Shown one piece after another: positions 1-12,691 of a DNA stretch of 64,000 nt. Each line of letters starts with the position of its first letter. The first letter of the stretch is position 1. The translations under genes and the position numbers were made by a program. Source of the DNA: a virus (lineage: Duplodnaviria; Caudoviricetes); the IMG/VR virus record IMGVR_UViG_3300050343_000064, positions 771 through 64,770 of that record, one strand, 5' to 3'. The notes below the pieces were generated by a model, which was not told where the DNA came from, made no database searches, and was given only the letters and a program-made list of their open reading frames with translations.

Positions 1-641
1 TAAGTTCTATACATGGTGGTGCATCTGAATATTCTGTTACAGGTCTTTCTATTTTTATTTTTGTAATGTCTGTTTGTTTTATCTCACTGTATATAGTGTA
101 AAATTCTTCTAGTGTTGCAGCTTCACCATCTGCTCTAAATGCATAACTTGTTGTTTCATCACCATTAAAGTATGGTAAATTTAAAAAGTTACCTGTGTCA
201 TCTGCTGATTTTAATTGTATTTGTTTTGGAAAGACTTCTGATCCGCCGTATCCTAGTAGTGTTTTAATTTCTGTTAACTTATCTCTCATTCTTTCTGCAG
301 CTACGGGAACTTCGGAGAAGAGAAAGACGTGTGCTCCTCCGCTCTTTGACCTACACACAGCCAGAGGCAATTAAATTGTTTTATTTTATCTATTAATTTT
401 TTGTGATCAAACCCTGCGTAAGAATCTATGTCTACACAACCCCACACACATTGGTTATCTTCATTAATAGGTATGATACCCAGACTGTCTGTACCATCTA
501 AATGCATTTCCACAGTTCCGTGGTCACTGGTTGACGTACTACGAATGATTTACCTTTAATCTTGACACCATTCTCTGCTGGTTCACTTACTTTAGTACAA
601 CCATGCGCACGTTCCAATCCTTTAAATATTTTTTCAAACAT
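1..641 (-). CDS. AEP-type primase, N-terminal part (copy 1, truncated by window edge, frameshifted)
   Basis: LGIIPINEDNQCVWGCVDIDSY aligns to the intact ORF 55218-56711; ATG at 639-641. Confidence 0.85.
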
Positions 642-651
642 AATTTTTTAA

Positions 652-683
652 TGGGCGTTTCCACTCTCGCTTCGACGCCCACT
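652..683 (-). promoter_or_regulatory. Conserved GC-rich stem-loop between the ssb-like gene and primase (copy 1)
   Basis: TGGGCGT...ACGCCCA arms around ccactctcgct; same element at 56723-56754. Confidence 0.65.
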
Positions 684-696
684 CCTAGGATTTTAT

Positions 697-1456
697 TTAG
701 TATGGTGTTGAGTCTTTTGTAGTTTCTTCTGATCCGTGTTTAGCTTCCACTTCACCTTTACCAACACTCATTGCAAAAGATTTAGCCATGTCATAGATTG
801 CTTTATCTGTAACTGGTCCCATCTTTTCATACTTCCCAACCAAACCATGTTCCTTTGTCATTAGACATCTGAACGGTTGATAGATTATAAATGTGGCTAT
901 AAGTTGGCGGTGTAAACAAACCATTTTTACCTTGTAGTTTTAAACCCATCATTAATGAATTCCATTTTCTACTAACTTTAAGTTGAGTAGATTTCATAGA
1001 AATCAAAGCTGTTGATGGAGTATCACCAAGAGTCAATACAAAATGACTTGCAGTGTTATCAAGATAGTTACCATTTGGTAATCTATCTTTGTAGTCTTTA
1101 CCTCTAGTGGTTTGACTAACTATATCACTGTCAGCGTCATGAATTGCAACAGGTGCACCACTGAACTGGTACCTCTGTCTTGCCATTCAATGTATTGTCT
1201 TTTGTAGTGACAAGGTACATTGAACACTAATTTTATCAAACAATTCGTTTGTAACTGTGTTGATTATTTTGCCAGGCTCTGCGCCTTCGACATACTTACC
1301 ATCTCTTTTGTTTACCTCTGGAGATAGTTGACCCAAAATTTTTAAGAATGGTAACGCAAGATCTTCTTGCGATATATTTTGAGTGCCTTGTTGTGCATCA
1401 GCTTCCATATCAAATGTTGCTAGTGCACTATTCTTTTTTTCTGCTACTTGGTTCAT
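697..1456 (-). CDS. Putative ssDNA-binding/replication protein (copy 1, split by indels)
   Basis: Three fragments concatenate to a homologue of intact 56770-57522; acidic tail ending in an aromatic residue; replication-module position. Confidence 0.65.
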
Positions 1457-1458
1457 GT

Positions 1459-2014
1459 TTATTTGTTCCTTTTTATTGTTGTCTTATTTCCAACAAACAC
1501 GTTGAAAATTTCCGTTGGCATTTCTTTACCTGCCTCTAAACGCTCACGGACTAGCGCTTTAAGAGTCATGGGCTCAACCTTCAACTTTTGTGTCGGTTGA
1601 AACCCACGTTCCTCTGCAAGAGCAGCATAATCAGCTGCCTTGTTATCCTCGTTACGACCGAATGATACGGATATCTCATTTTTGATTATATCACCCAAGC
1701 CATTTTCACGAAGCCAGTTAAATGCTTTCTCTCTGTTTGCAACAGAAATACTTGCACTATAATTTGGTTTAACATCTACCGTAGAACCATCTGATAGTTT
1801 AAGATGTGATAATCCCATCTCTGCCATCATGGTTGGAATTACTTCTCCAGATAATCGGTCATGTTCTTTTTTTAAATCTTTTAAATTGTTTTCACTTGTT
1901 TCTATTCTAGAAATTTAAACCTTCTAACATTTGTATTTGATCTGCTAGAGATTGTATACTTGCAGTTTTATCTACAAGGTCTTGTTGGTCTTCTTCAAAG
2001 TTAATATTACTCAT
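1459..2014 (-). CDS. Conserved phage coiled-coil protein (copy 1)
   Basis: AFNWLRENGLGDIIKNEI...VEPMTLKALVRE; homologue of 57525-58073. Confidence 0.8.
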
Positions 2015-2374
2015 CTATCTTTCCTCTTTCATATAAGTTAATTTCAATAGGATAATATTTTCTTTCTTGTTTATCCCATTTTAATAATTGTATTTACCAT
2101 TTGTTATGTCAGAAACTATAGAACATGCTACACCAATAATTGCAGGATCACCTGTTAATAATAAATAATCTTCTGTAGTAAAATCTTTTAAACCTTTTCT
2201 TAAGTTTAAAAATTAATGGTCCAGGAGAAAAAATTATTTGTGAAAATTCTGGTAATAAAAATTTAAATTCACCATATGTAGAATAAGAAGATGCACCCAT
2301 AATATTTATTTTAGGTCTACCTCAGTTCCTACCAGCAATTTCTTGTATTACATAAACTTTTTTTTCTTTCTCAT
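2007..2374 (-). CDS. Conserved hypothetical protein (copy 1, frameshifted)
   Basis: Reverse strand reads DYLLxTGDPAIIGVACSIVSDITNGKY, homologous to 58066-58437. Confidence 0.75.
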
Positions 2375-2430
2375 GCTTGACAATATAGGTGTTTGAGTTG
2401 TTATCTTGTCAAGTAGAAAGAAGAAAAATT

Positions 2431-3864
2431 ATGAATTATAAATTTAAAACAAAACCGTATGCACATCAAATGACTGCATTAGAAAAGTCATGGAATAAGA
2501 GAAACTATGCTTATTTTATGGAAATGGGTACAGGTAAAACAAAAGTATTAATAGATAATATAGCTATGCTTTATGATAAAGGTAAAATTAATGGTGCTCT
2601 TAATTATTGCACCTAAAGGTGTTGTAGAAACTTGGTATAATAATGAATTACCAACATCATTTACCTAGATCACATAGAAAATGTAACTGTATTGTGGCAA
2701 GCTGCTATTACTAAAAAACAACAAGAAAATTTAGATACATTATTTGAAAGGTGAAGATCTTACATATTTTAATTATGAATGTTGAAGCTTTTAGTACAAC
2801 TAAAGGTATAGATTTTGCAATAAATTTTTATCTTGTCATAGAACTATAATGGCTATTGATGAGTCTACTACAATTAAAACACCTACAGCTAAAAGAACTA
2901 AAAATATTCTTAAATCTAGGTGAGTCTGCTAATATAGAAGAATAATGACAGGTTCTCCTGTAACTAAAAATCCATTAGATTTATATACTCAATGTGATTT
3001 TTTAAGTCCGTGGTTATTAGACTTTACATCTTATTATGCATTTAGAAATAGATATGCAGAAATGAAAACATTACATATGCATGGTAGACAAATACAAGTT
3101 GTAATGGTTTTAAAAATTTAGGTGAATTATCAGATAAATTAAAAGGTTTTTCTTATCGTGTATTAAAAGAAGATTGTTTAGATTTACCAGATAAAATATT
3201 TATTAAACGTCAAATACAATTAACACCAGATCAACGTAAATTGTATGAACAAATGAAAAAAGAAGCTATTGCTATATTAAAAGGTAAACAATCTACTACT
3301 ACAGTAAACGTATTAACACAATTAATGCGACTACAACAAATTACTTGTGGTCATTTTACTGCTGATGATGGTGCAACTCAACCTATTGCTAATAATAGAA
3401 TTACAGAACTAATGAATGTTCTTAGAAGAAACAGAAGGTAAAGCTATTATATGGGCTCACTATCAATATGACATTACTGCTATTATAAAGCTGTTAAAAA
3501 AATATGGTCCGAAGGATCCATTGTCGATTATTATGGATTAACACCACAAGAAGAAAGACAACCTAATATTAAGCGTTTTCAAGATGACCCTAAGTGTCGG
3601 TTTATTGTTGGAACGCCTTCTACGGGCGGCTATGGCATTACTTTAACAGCTGCAAACACCGTAATTTACTATTCTAATGGATATGACTTAGAAAAGCGAT
3701 TACAATCAGAAGACAGAGCACACAGAATCGGCCAAAAAAAATCGGTAACTTATGTTGATTTAATGGCGGACGATACAGTGGATGAAAAAATCGTGCAAGC
3801 TCTACGCAAAAAAATAAATATAGCATCAGAAGTTTTAGGAGAAGAATTAAGGTCATGGATTTAA
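2431..3864 (+). CDS. SNF2-family (SF2) helicase (copy 1, multiple indels)
   Basis: FMEMGTGKT, IDES, MTGSP, GYGITLT and QSEDRAHRIGQ motifs across the fragments. Confidence 0.88.
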
Positions 3865-3897
3865 TAGGATATATACGCGAGGCGCGCTGGAATTTTT

Positions 3898-4375
3898 TTA
3901 AACCAGGTCGACTGCTTTTCCAATAATTGGTTTGTATTTAGTTTTTTTATCTTCACGATATGCTCGTAAATATTGATGTCTAGGATTAAAAGGTATGTAA
4001 CTTGCGTGGATCCACCCCGAGTTAGGTTCGCCAGGCGTGTAGTACTCGAGGATCAATTGATCTACCTCACAATTCATTTTAACCCAATCTGCTACTTCAG
4101 CGTTGTCAACTCCCATACATTCGAAATCAACCGCCTCAGCTTTTGAGTGCTGGCTGGTCAAACTCGATCCTATGGCTGGCACAACTCAGGACTACGATAG
4201 CCGCTGGTCACCTTTACTCTACCGAATTGGTCACGCACTGGCTGTAAAATATTTTCACACAATGCTTTTAATTTATCTATTTGATCTGCGTTAGGTTCGT
4301 TATCTATACCTTTACGTATAGCTGTGTCTGATTTAGTTAAGCTCTTGAAGAGAAAAATTTCGTGATAAGTTGCAT
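3898..4375 (-). CDS. Peptidase M15A (endolysin-like), copy 1
   Basis: VTSGYRSPELC, SQHSKAEAVDF, LILEYY...SGWIHAS; probable start at 4373-4375. Confidence 0.85.
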
Positions 4376-7300
4376 TTTTTAAATCTAATAATTTTAAATC
4401 TTTAATTCTAATATACATATCTTTTTGTATTCTAAATGCTTCTTTTTGCATTTCATTAAAGTGTTAACCATATCTGTTGGTGTTTTTTGTGCAAATTTTG
4501 TACACTATAAAATTTTTCTGTTTCATCAACAGCTCTTAATAATCTGTTCATTGTAGATGTAAAATATCTAAGATCTTTTTTAACATCAATTCTAATAATC
4601 CGTGTTCCAGTAAACAATGCAAGTAATTCATCAGACATTAAAGTTAACTGGTTTACCACCTTTAGTTAAATCTTTTGATAAAGCATCACCAATTTTTTGA
4701 CCACTAGATACAAGTACACCAGGTTTAACACCATCTAATACATATTAATGATTTAATAAATTTATCTCCAAGGTCATCTGATTGTGTGTACACAGATCCA
4801 CCACCATCTTTTTTACCATTTCTTGTAGTTACATCTATAAATCTATCAAAACCTAATGGCTCTGATATAAATGGTTCTAAGAAATTTAGATACCGGTCCG
4901 TCTTCTCCAAACATTAAATTCATTACAAATTGTTCTGTTTCTTGTGGATTTAAATTTTGTTTTGTGCTTGTGCAATTGCTGCATCTAATGGTTGATATAA
5001 ACTATCGTAAGGACTAAAGTATGAAAAATTAATTGCAGCACTTTCACCATTCTTCCAACCTTTAACAGCTAACAAGTTTGATGTTGCATCCCATGATGCA
5101 GCTGAAGATCTTTTGTATGCGTTCCACTGTGAGTCTGTAGAGTTAGTTAAGAACTGTGCAAGTTCATTAAATCCTTTTCCAACAGCATAACTAGTTAAAA
5201 ATGCACCTGTAATCTTCTTATACCCATTTGTTTATAGCTCTGTTAGGGTGTGCAGCTTCTTTTAAACCTATACAATAATATTTGCACCTGTTCTAAGTAT
5301 CTCTGCAGGAAAAGATATAAAGTTTCCAAGTGGTAGCTTTCTTAATTCTTGAATTGCTGGTGGTACTTTACTGTATGTTGGATATGTATTTCTTAATAAA
5401 AATGCTGATGCTTCTTCAATTGCATCATCAAATGTTTTTTTCTGACCTGTAACTGTATTGATTGGATCAAACTCTTTACCCATGTATCTAAACCATTTTT
5501 TAACATCATCTAAATTTTTTAGTGCTTGATACAATTGTGATCTTACCATACTCAAAACCATAACCTTTCCATAAGTTATCACCACCTGCATATAATCTTG
5601 CAACTTTATCAGTAGGTGCCATTTTCATTAATCTATCAAACAATTTATCTGTTGTATTTATTAATTGTTTTTAATATCTTGTGATTACAGCTTTTAATTC
5701 TGCAGCTACAACGTTTTCATCCCACACACCTAGTCTAACTAATTTTTCTACGTAGTTATTAAATTCTACTTCATCAATTTTATTACCACCTGCTTTAAAT
5801 ATATCTCTTGCAACAATCTGCATTGCGTCCGTAACACTAGCTCTACCACCAATGTGACCATTCATTAATGCAAAGAAAGAAGCTGATGTTACATTTCTAA
5901 CTTGTGTTTGTGGTGAGTATAATGTTTTACCAACTTGACACCAATACTTTACCTTGCATAATTTCTCGATAAATAAACATTTATCTAATTTATCTAACAC
6001 TCCACCAACACCTTGAAACATTTACATATTCAGGATCGGATGCCCATTTTTAGTAAATTTGATTTCATGTGTACCAAGTCTTGGCACTTTTAATAAGTTG
6101 TGGGGTTATAAACACCTGCGTTGATTGCTTCTTCTAAAGATTAAACAACCAACCATTTTTTAAACCAGACTCTGCAATAAAATCAGCTGCTCTTTTATTT
6201 GCCATAGATGATATCATTTCTGCTGTTGTATAACCAACAGATGCTTTTAAATTTTTTTCAGGACCTAATAAATTTTTAATTGCATTAGGTAATTCTTCAC
6301 CTGTTTTTAAAAACCATCATTTGCGCAGATTCTTTGTAAGCTTGATTTATATCAAGTTTTGGAAAGTCAGCTTTGCTCTTAGTTTTAAATCTTTATTTCT
6401 TCCTACTACATTTTTAGCAACCCAATCTACTGCCGTATTATATATCTTTTCATCTGGTGCATAGTTTGGATTAGTAAATGTTGAAAAAGATCTTAACATA
6501 TAATCTTTTATTCTATTTATTTCTATGCCCTCTAAATTTTTTGTAATAGCATCACCATCTTTACCTTTTGGTAAAGCTTTTTTAAACTCTTTCATTGTGT
6601 TTTTTATTTCAAGTTTTAAATCATCTGCTAAGTTTACTAGTTCTTTTGGAAGATCCTCTCTTTTAAGTTGTCCTCTTAAAAATTCTTCTACTTGATCAAG
6701 ATAATGTTTTTGTAATGCAGGAGAAGTAGTTGCACTATTATAATTGTTTTCAAATTTTTTAGCTAGCTCGTAAGATCTTTTTTCAATACCTTCCATAGTT
6801 CTATCTAATTTTCTTGCTCTACCTTTTATAAAAAGCATAGCTTTTTCTGATATACCTTCAATGTCTTTAGGTGCTTTACCAAAAGATCTAAAGTAAGATA
6901 AGATGTTATCTAAACGTTTAATAACTCTTTTTTCTTTTGCTGGGTTTGTTACAGAATATAATCTCCAGTCTTCAAATTTTGGTAACTGTTTTACTATTTT
7001 TCCTGAAAATGTTGATACGATCGCAGGAGCAAGTGCTTTAGTTAATACAAAGTCCTGTAGCGTTTCTAATTGTTTTAGCAGTACCTGCTACAACAGGTTT
7101 AACAGCTTCTCTGAAGATCCAAGATAACTAATAGGTCTAAATACAGCAGTGTTTATACCTTTAGCTCCTAACTTAGCAGTTGTTTTTACAAATGGTGCAA
7201 GACCAAACTTGTAACCAAGTTGTAAACCTTTTCCAATTAAAGGAAAGCCAGCACCAATAATAGCACCTTCTTGTCCATATTTAATTCTATTTCTAAATTC

Positions 7301-8071
7301 AGCTGCAGCTCTTTCTTTACCTTTTAAACCTTTTGTAGACTCTGGTTCAAAGTAGGGAGTGCTTCTTCCTTGTTCTGATGCTAAAAAATCTGTTGCTCCT
7401 ACAACAGCCATACCTTCTATAGCTCTTGCAGCGATCTTACTAACCTTTGCTTTTTTACCACCTTTGATTCCTGAAATTATTTTTTTAATCTGTCCAGCAG
7501 TTTTTGTTCTTCTTAATACTTTTTGTATAATACCACCTGGTATTGCAAACTGAGTCATTAGACCAACCAGGTCACCTCTCCATGTTTCAGGTCTATCCGG
7601 TTCTTTGTCCTTCATCATCTTGTCAAACTTTCCTAAAAAGTCTGAATCAAATGTATAATCTAAACCAGTAAATAAAGTAGTTCCTAACCCAGACATCAAG
7701 TCATAACTACCTGAGTCTACTCCTTTTCTTATTTCATCTAAAATAGATATATAATCTTTTTCTTCACCATCTTTTAATAACTGCATTGAGTCTACAGGTT
7801 TGTCATATTTTTTAGACATAGCTTGGTCTAAAAGTAATTTCATGTTTGGTGATCCAGAAAGAATAAATCTCGATAAACTTTTATCTTCTTTTTGAAAAGG
7901 ATTGAATGGTTTTAAATATTTAACAGGTGGTGTAGGTTCTGTTATATTTTCTAATGCTTTTAAGAAAGAGTTTTGTACTTCATTAAGTTCTCTTACTTGA
8001 CCAGGAGGAGTTTTCTTTTCCTCTTGTTGTTGCTGATCTTTTTTATATCTCTCTAGAGCAGTTTCGGCCAT
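4376..8071 (-). CDS. Large internal virion (ejection/core) protein, copy 1, fragmented with deletions
   Basis: Collinear fragments 7088-8071, 6347-6838, 5671-6021, 5268-5603, 4725-4910, 4456-4659; NTYPTYSKVP/LGNFISFPAEILRT; last gene of the structural operon. Confidence 0.7.
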
Positions 8072-8072
8072 T

Positions 8073-9144
8073 TTATGCCTCTTGCGGTAATACTAAATTC
8101 ACACTATATTTTTGATTAAATAAATCAACGTCTTGTTGAGTAGCAATTGTTGCAAAATCTTCTAAAGCTTCAGGACTAGCAGCAATTAATCTTACAACAT
8201 CGTCTCCTATTTCTTGTGGTAATCTAGCTCTTAGGGTACCAAAATCTATCTTAGGTTCTTGGTCCATGCTCATTGATTCTTGAGGCATTGACATTGGCGC
8301 TTGAGTCATGCCTGCTCCACCACCCATTTGATAACCTGCTCTACCACCTTCAGCATGCTTGGTTTACATGGAAATTTACCTGTTTGAAAAAATTCTTGAT
8401 AGTATTGTAAACATGTCTTCTAATAATTTTGGATCATCGTCTCCTTTTATAAATGCTATTCCATCTGCATCTTTTTTATCTAATAAATTATCTTTTATTT
8501 TTCTTAAAATTCTTTGAGTGTATTGTTCATCACCTAATAAAGATTGCTCTTACAGTATCATTTTTAGTTAACTGTTCTAATCTTAATTTTTTCTTATTTA
8601 AAAGATTAGCATCATTTTCACTAAATTCATTTGGTGTTGTAGTTTGTTTGTTTTCTAATTTTAAAATTAAATCCATAGTTGTTTCAATGTCATCAGCTAT
8701 TTGTAACTTAACACCTCTATTACCAACTGTATCTCCCATACCACTTAATGCTTCACCTTTTGCTTCGATCAATGTTTTAAATAGATCTGCATCGGTTGCA
8801 AACTTAGTTGCTCTATCTGCATCCATATCATCAAATAATTGTTTTGTTGGTGCTTTCGCAGCTTGTGCCGCTGTAGATAATAAACCTGTAAAACCTTTTC
8901 CTGTTGGTGGTCTTGACATTAAATCTAAACCTGTAGACATTAAAAATCTATTAAAGCTTTCACCTTGTGGTCTTTCATATTTTGGAAACATTGCTCTTGC
9001 TTCATCAAATTCTCCTTGAGTAGGAAAGAAATCTACAATACCTGCTTTTTTATACTGTTGTCTAGGTTGACCTAACCCTGATGTAATACCAGAGTTTGTA
9101 GAACCACCCATTCTAAACATCGGTCTTTTTAATGTTCTATTCAT
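8073..9144 (-). CDS. Putative internal virion protein (frameshifted ~8350-8530)
   Basis: Starts MNRTLKRPMFRMGG; AEGGRAGYQMGG at ~8320-8355 joins ORF 8073-8327. Confidence 0.6.
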
Positions 9145-9145
9145 A

Positions 9146-10050
9146 TTATTTTTTTAGTGCGCCGTATATCCCTGCTCCAGTAGCCGCTGCACCTAATGCA
9201 GTTTGTAAGAATCCTGGATCTGGTACTTGTGATGTTTGTGTTCCTGATCCTGCCATTCCACCCATGATACCTGTAACAAGGTTACCGTAGTTTTGTAATT
9301 GTTCTTGTGGTTGATACGCAGCCATTCTGTTTGCTTCTCTAGTTGCATCTAGGCCCGCTTGTGTTTGCGCTTGATTCAATGCGCCCAATGAACCTAACGT
9401 TGAAATATCTCCTGATTGTAATCCAGGTAATGCAGAAGCTAATCCCATTTGGTTTTGAAATTGTTGTTGAGCTGCTTGTTGTGCTTGACCAAAACCTTGT
9501 TGTAATAATCCTGCTTGTAGCTGTGCTCTGTTTCATATCAGAACCTGCTTGATATTCTGCTTGCATAACACCTTCACGTCCACCACCAAAAGCTCCTGAT
9601 GCTACTGCTTGATCTGCTTAAACCTTGTTGTTGCATTTGTGCATTTCTATCAAACTCTGCAAGTGATGCATCAATCACTTGTGATTGATAAGGTGACATA
9701 AACTGTTGATAAGCTTGTGGTCCTGTTGCAGCTTGTGCTTGATTTAAAAAAGGTTGATATGATCCTAACACCTGCTTCAGCTCTTTTTTGTGCTTCTAGT
9801 TGTAATCTGCATCTTGACCTGCAACTTGTGGTGCAAGTCCTGCTAAATTTTGTTGTCTTGTTGTAAATGCTCTTGCAGCATCTTGTCTTGCTTTAAATCC
9901 TGCATCTGTTTCACCTGTTTGTTTTGATAAACTTCCAATGCCACCTGATACAATAGGTACACCTGTAAAGGCAACGGCCTGTTCGGCTAAATCTTTTCCT
10001 ATATCTTCTACAAAAGGTGCTGGTCTTGATATTGTGGTTTCTGTCGCCAT
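9146..10050 (-). CDS. Gln/Ala-rich DNA-transfer (ejection)-like protein, fragmented
   Basis: FMSPYQSQVIDA motif, Q-rich body, C-terminal hydrophobic QTALGAAATGAGIYGAL. Confidence 0.65.
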
Positions 10051-11944
10051 TATAATACTTCCTCTAATCGTTGTGATGTTTTAAACATTTCTCTAGCGCC
10101 ATCTAATCCTTGCGATTCTTCAGATACTTCACCTCCGGATTCGAGGTTTTTCATCATGTTATACATGACTTCTGCGCCTTTGTCTATATCTCCTTCACCT
10201 GCATTTCTAACAGCGTCTGCAGTAAATACAAACTCATTCTTAGACAGTCTAGCAGGCACATCGTCTGCTCTTTCCATTCGACCGATAGGCACGAACCCAC
10301 CGTCTTCTCTGTAATCTTTTTCCATGCCGTCCATATCTAATAATGGCATAGTCTTCTTGGCTACTGGTTCTGCATCTCCACCTTCTTGATAAATTCTACC
10401 ACCGTCTGCAGCTAACTTCCTGCTATTCTTATGCTAAAAAATTTAAGGATTGTTTCTAATTGCATCAATACTATTTTTTTTATAGTACTCATCTAATCCA
10501 TTTTATCATCCTCTTCTTTACCAACACCTAATGCATCTAGAGCTGGAACACCTAAACCTAAAGTTATACCACCTAATGTTGGCATCATAGATCCACCACC
10601 TTTTGTTAACCTAATTTACCAAAAAGACCAGTTTTCCCAGTCCAGAATACCTTTTTTCATCTGCTTTTGCTATTTGTCCAAATAAATGGGTTTTCATTTA
10701 CCAATATTAAACATACCTTTTCCACCACCTGCACCATAAGATCCACCCATAGCACCTAAACCATACATCAACGCAGCTTTACCTAATGGAGACTTAGCAA
10801 CTTTCTTAACAGCTCTTGTTGCTTTCTTAACTAACTTACCTAAGAAATACATTTGTCTTCCTGATTCAAGGTCCATGATTCCTCCTTCAGGAGTATCTTC
10901 CATCATACCACCGTCCATCATTCCTGCACGTCCACCATCTGCAAGACCTGTGAAATCAAATATAGAGCCCGCGAATCTTGGAGCAAGGCCACCTAAGATT
11001 TCTTGGTAGGTGTTGTATCTTCTTCTGTGTCATCACCAACATTACAATAAGCTGGTGGGTTAGGTCCTTTACAAGGATCCATTACTTGACCATCTCCACC
11101 ATTGTCTGTAATCAGTCTACTCTATTTCTATTCATATAATCATTAAACCTTCTTGTAAACGTGTATCATCATAGGATCAAAACTAACTCTATCTAAAATT
11201 TGAATATCTTCTCTTAAATATTCTTGTGCTAATGATCTGCAATTTTCACCTGATTTTGTAATACCTGTTTTAATTTACTTAAAACACAACCTATTTTCTT
11301 ATTAAATCAAAATATTTTGTTGATGGATCTATTGTAAAGTTCCATCAAACATTCCTAATTCCTGAACCGTCGTTTCATAATCTTGGTAAGGATCTAATTT
11401 TCTTTTGGGTCTAAACCTAGTAAGATCTTCATAATTGTCATACCACCTAAATCTTGAAAGCATTAGCATCTTTAGTTCTTTGAATTCTTAGTCTTTTACA
11501 TCCTAAATAGTGTCAAAAAGACCATCTTCTTATAATCAGCTTAATTTATTTAGGATCTTTAGGAAACTTTTCTAGTCTTTTTCTTGACTGTCAAATTGGT
11601 ATTTTTGGAGGCTTATTTTCTTTTAACATTTTTATCTCTTCATTTATATTGGTGTCAAATGCTATAGATCCTCTTTGCATCTATTTTTTCTTGAGTTGCT
11701 TATTATAATTTTTCTAGGTGAACCAGCACCTTCACTTTTTGGGCCTTGAACTGGTCTGTACCTTAGGATTACCACCACCTAAAAGCTTCAGATGTCCATG
11801 CTTCCTTGACCACCTATAGCACTTCTAGATTGATTCACCTTAGCCTATAAGTTCCATACAGCATCTACCACGATAACCTGGACGTTTACCATTCGCTGGT
11901 TTGTTTACAAGTTGCTGGTATTGTTGTGCGTTTGTTATTGCCAT
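10050..11944 (-). CDS. Putative internal virion protein with xxGG motifs and a C-terminal DDVPARLSKNEFV domain; middle badly degraded
   Basis: Start MAITNAQQYQQLV at 11944; fragments 10694-10921 and 10050-10349. Confidence 0.55.
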
Positions 11945-12186
11945 TACTCTGACGCTGCTCCTAATGGTGGCATTGCTGCTACTTTAATTTTTAATGATCT
12001 TGTAATCTCTTCTCTGATTGTAGGAGTGTTTGAATCTGCTATATCATTTTCAGCTTCTTGATCCGAGTTATACTCTTGATTAGTTCTAGTGTTTCTTAAT
12101 ACTACTTCAGTTTCACATTTAACAACTGGTACTTTTTTACCATTTATCATTGTGTAATTTACTTCTGCTTCTTCTTTAAATGCCAT
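11944..12186 (-). CDS. Hypothetical protein
   Basis: Intact 80-aa ORF coupled to its neighbours. Confidence 0.7.
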   Translation of the reverse strand: MAFKEEAEVNYTMINGKKVPVVKCETEVVLRNTRTNQEYNSDQEAENDIADSNTPTIREEITRSLKIKVAAMPPLGAASE

Positions 12187-12189
12187 AAT

Positions 12190-12519
12190 TTAATCCCTGT
12201 TTATTTCTAATATTGCACAAGTGCCTTCAAATATATTAGCACTTGCTGCTTGTAGTTGTAGTTTATCATTCTCTTCTAACACAATTGAGCCATCAGAGAT
12301 AGACTTAGAATCTCCTGAGTTTACAGTATGTTCAGCAAATTGAAAAGCAGTTGTTGCTGAATTATCATATAAAAAAGCTTTTATTTCAGTGTTTCCACCC
12401 CCAACATTAGCTGTGTGTATGTTCTGTATTATAGCTCTAGAGTTAGAAGGCACAGTATAGACATCTGTTACATTAGTTGTAGTTAGATCAAAGTTAGCGT
12501 TTTTATATATATTTGCCAT
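12190..12519 (-). CDS. Putative virion structural protein (beta-rich)
   Basis: MANIYKNA..VYTVPS..IVLEENDKL pattern typical of small tail-associated proteins. Confidence 0.6.
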   Translation of the reverse strand: MANIYKNANFDLTTTNVTDVYTVPSNSRAIIQNIHTANVGGGNTEIKAFLYDNSATTAFQFAEHTVNSGDSKSISDGSIVLEENDKLQLQAASANIFEGTCAILEINRD

Positions 12520-12520
12520 A

Positions 12521-12691
12521 TTAATTTCCTGATTTAAACCAAGTAAATCTTTCTGTTTCTTGTTTTAAATCATTTAAAAATGTAGAGTTTAATTGTTCAA
12601 CTATTATAGTAATAGCTCTGTTAATTTGTTTTTGATTCGAGAAATCGTATTCTTCTTTTGGTTCTGGTAATCTTACTACTACTTTAGCCAT
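12521..12691 (-). CDS. Small putative tail protein (56 aa, not in ORF track)
   Basis: MAKVVVRLPEPKEEYDFSNQKQINRAI...; start overlaps the upstream stop. Confidence 0.65.
   Translation of the reverse strand: MAKVVVRLPEPKEEYDFSNQKQINRAITIIVEQLNSTFLNDLKQETERFTWFKSGN

Larger units (their letters stand above)
1..7900. repeat. Copy 1 of a diverged ~7.9-kb direct repeat (same gene block as 56060-64000); genome period ~56.1 kb
   Basis: Window start taagttctatacatggtggt matches taattctatacatggtggt at ~56061; window end ctttttatcttc..ttttgaaaagga matches ~7878-7901; same gene order in both. Confidence 0.93.

Noticed and set aside
4170-4451. Fusion of the internal virion protein to peptidase M15
   Set aside because: Copy 2 shows separate genes with an intervening holin-like ORF; the fusion arises from a deletion
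1-7900. Genuine long direct terminal repeat
   Set aside because: True terminal repeats are identical; these copies are clearly diverged over most of their length and are cut by the window edges
8453-9019. Plus-strand 188-aa ORF and similar antisense ORFs (6903, 7359, 10110, 25799, 38074, 52800, 56488, 63005)
   Set aside because: Shadows of well-supported minus-strand genes; no RBS or recognisable motifs
10950-11860. Long non-coding region
   Set aside because: Reverse strand shows coding-like fragments continuous with the gene starting at 11944; it is an error-rich variable segment
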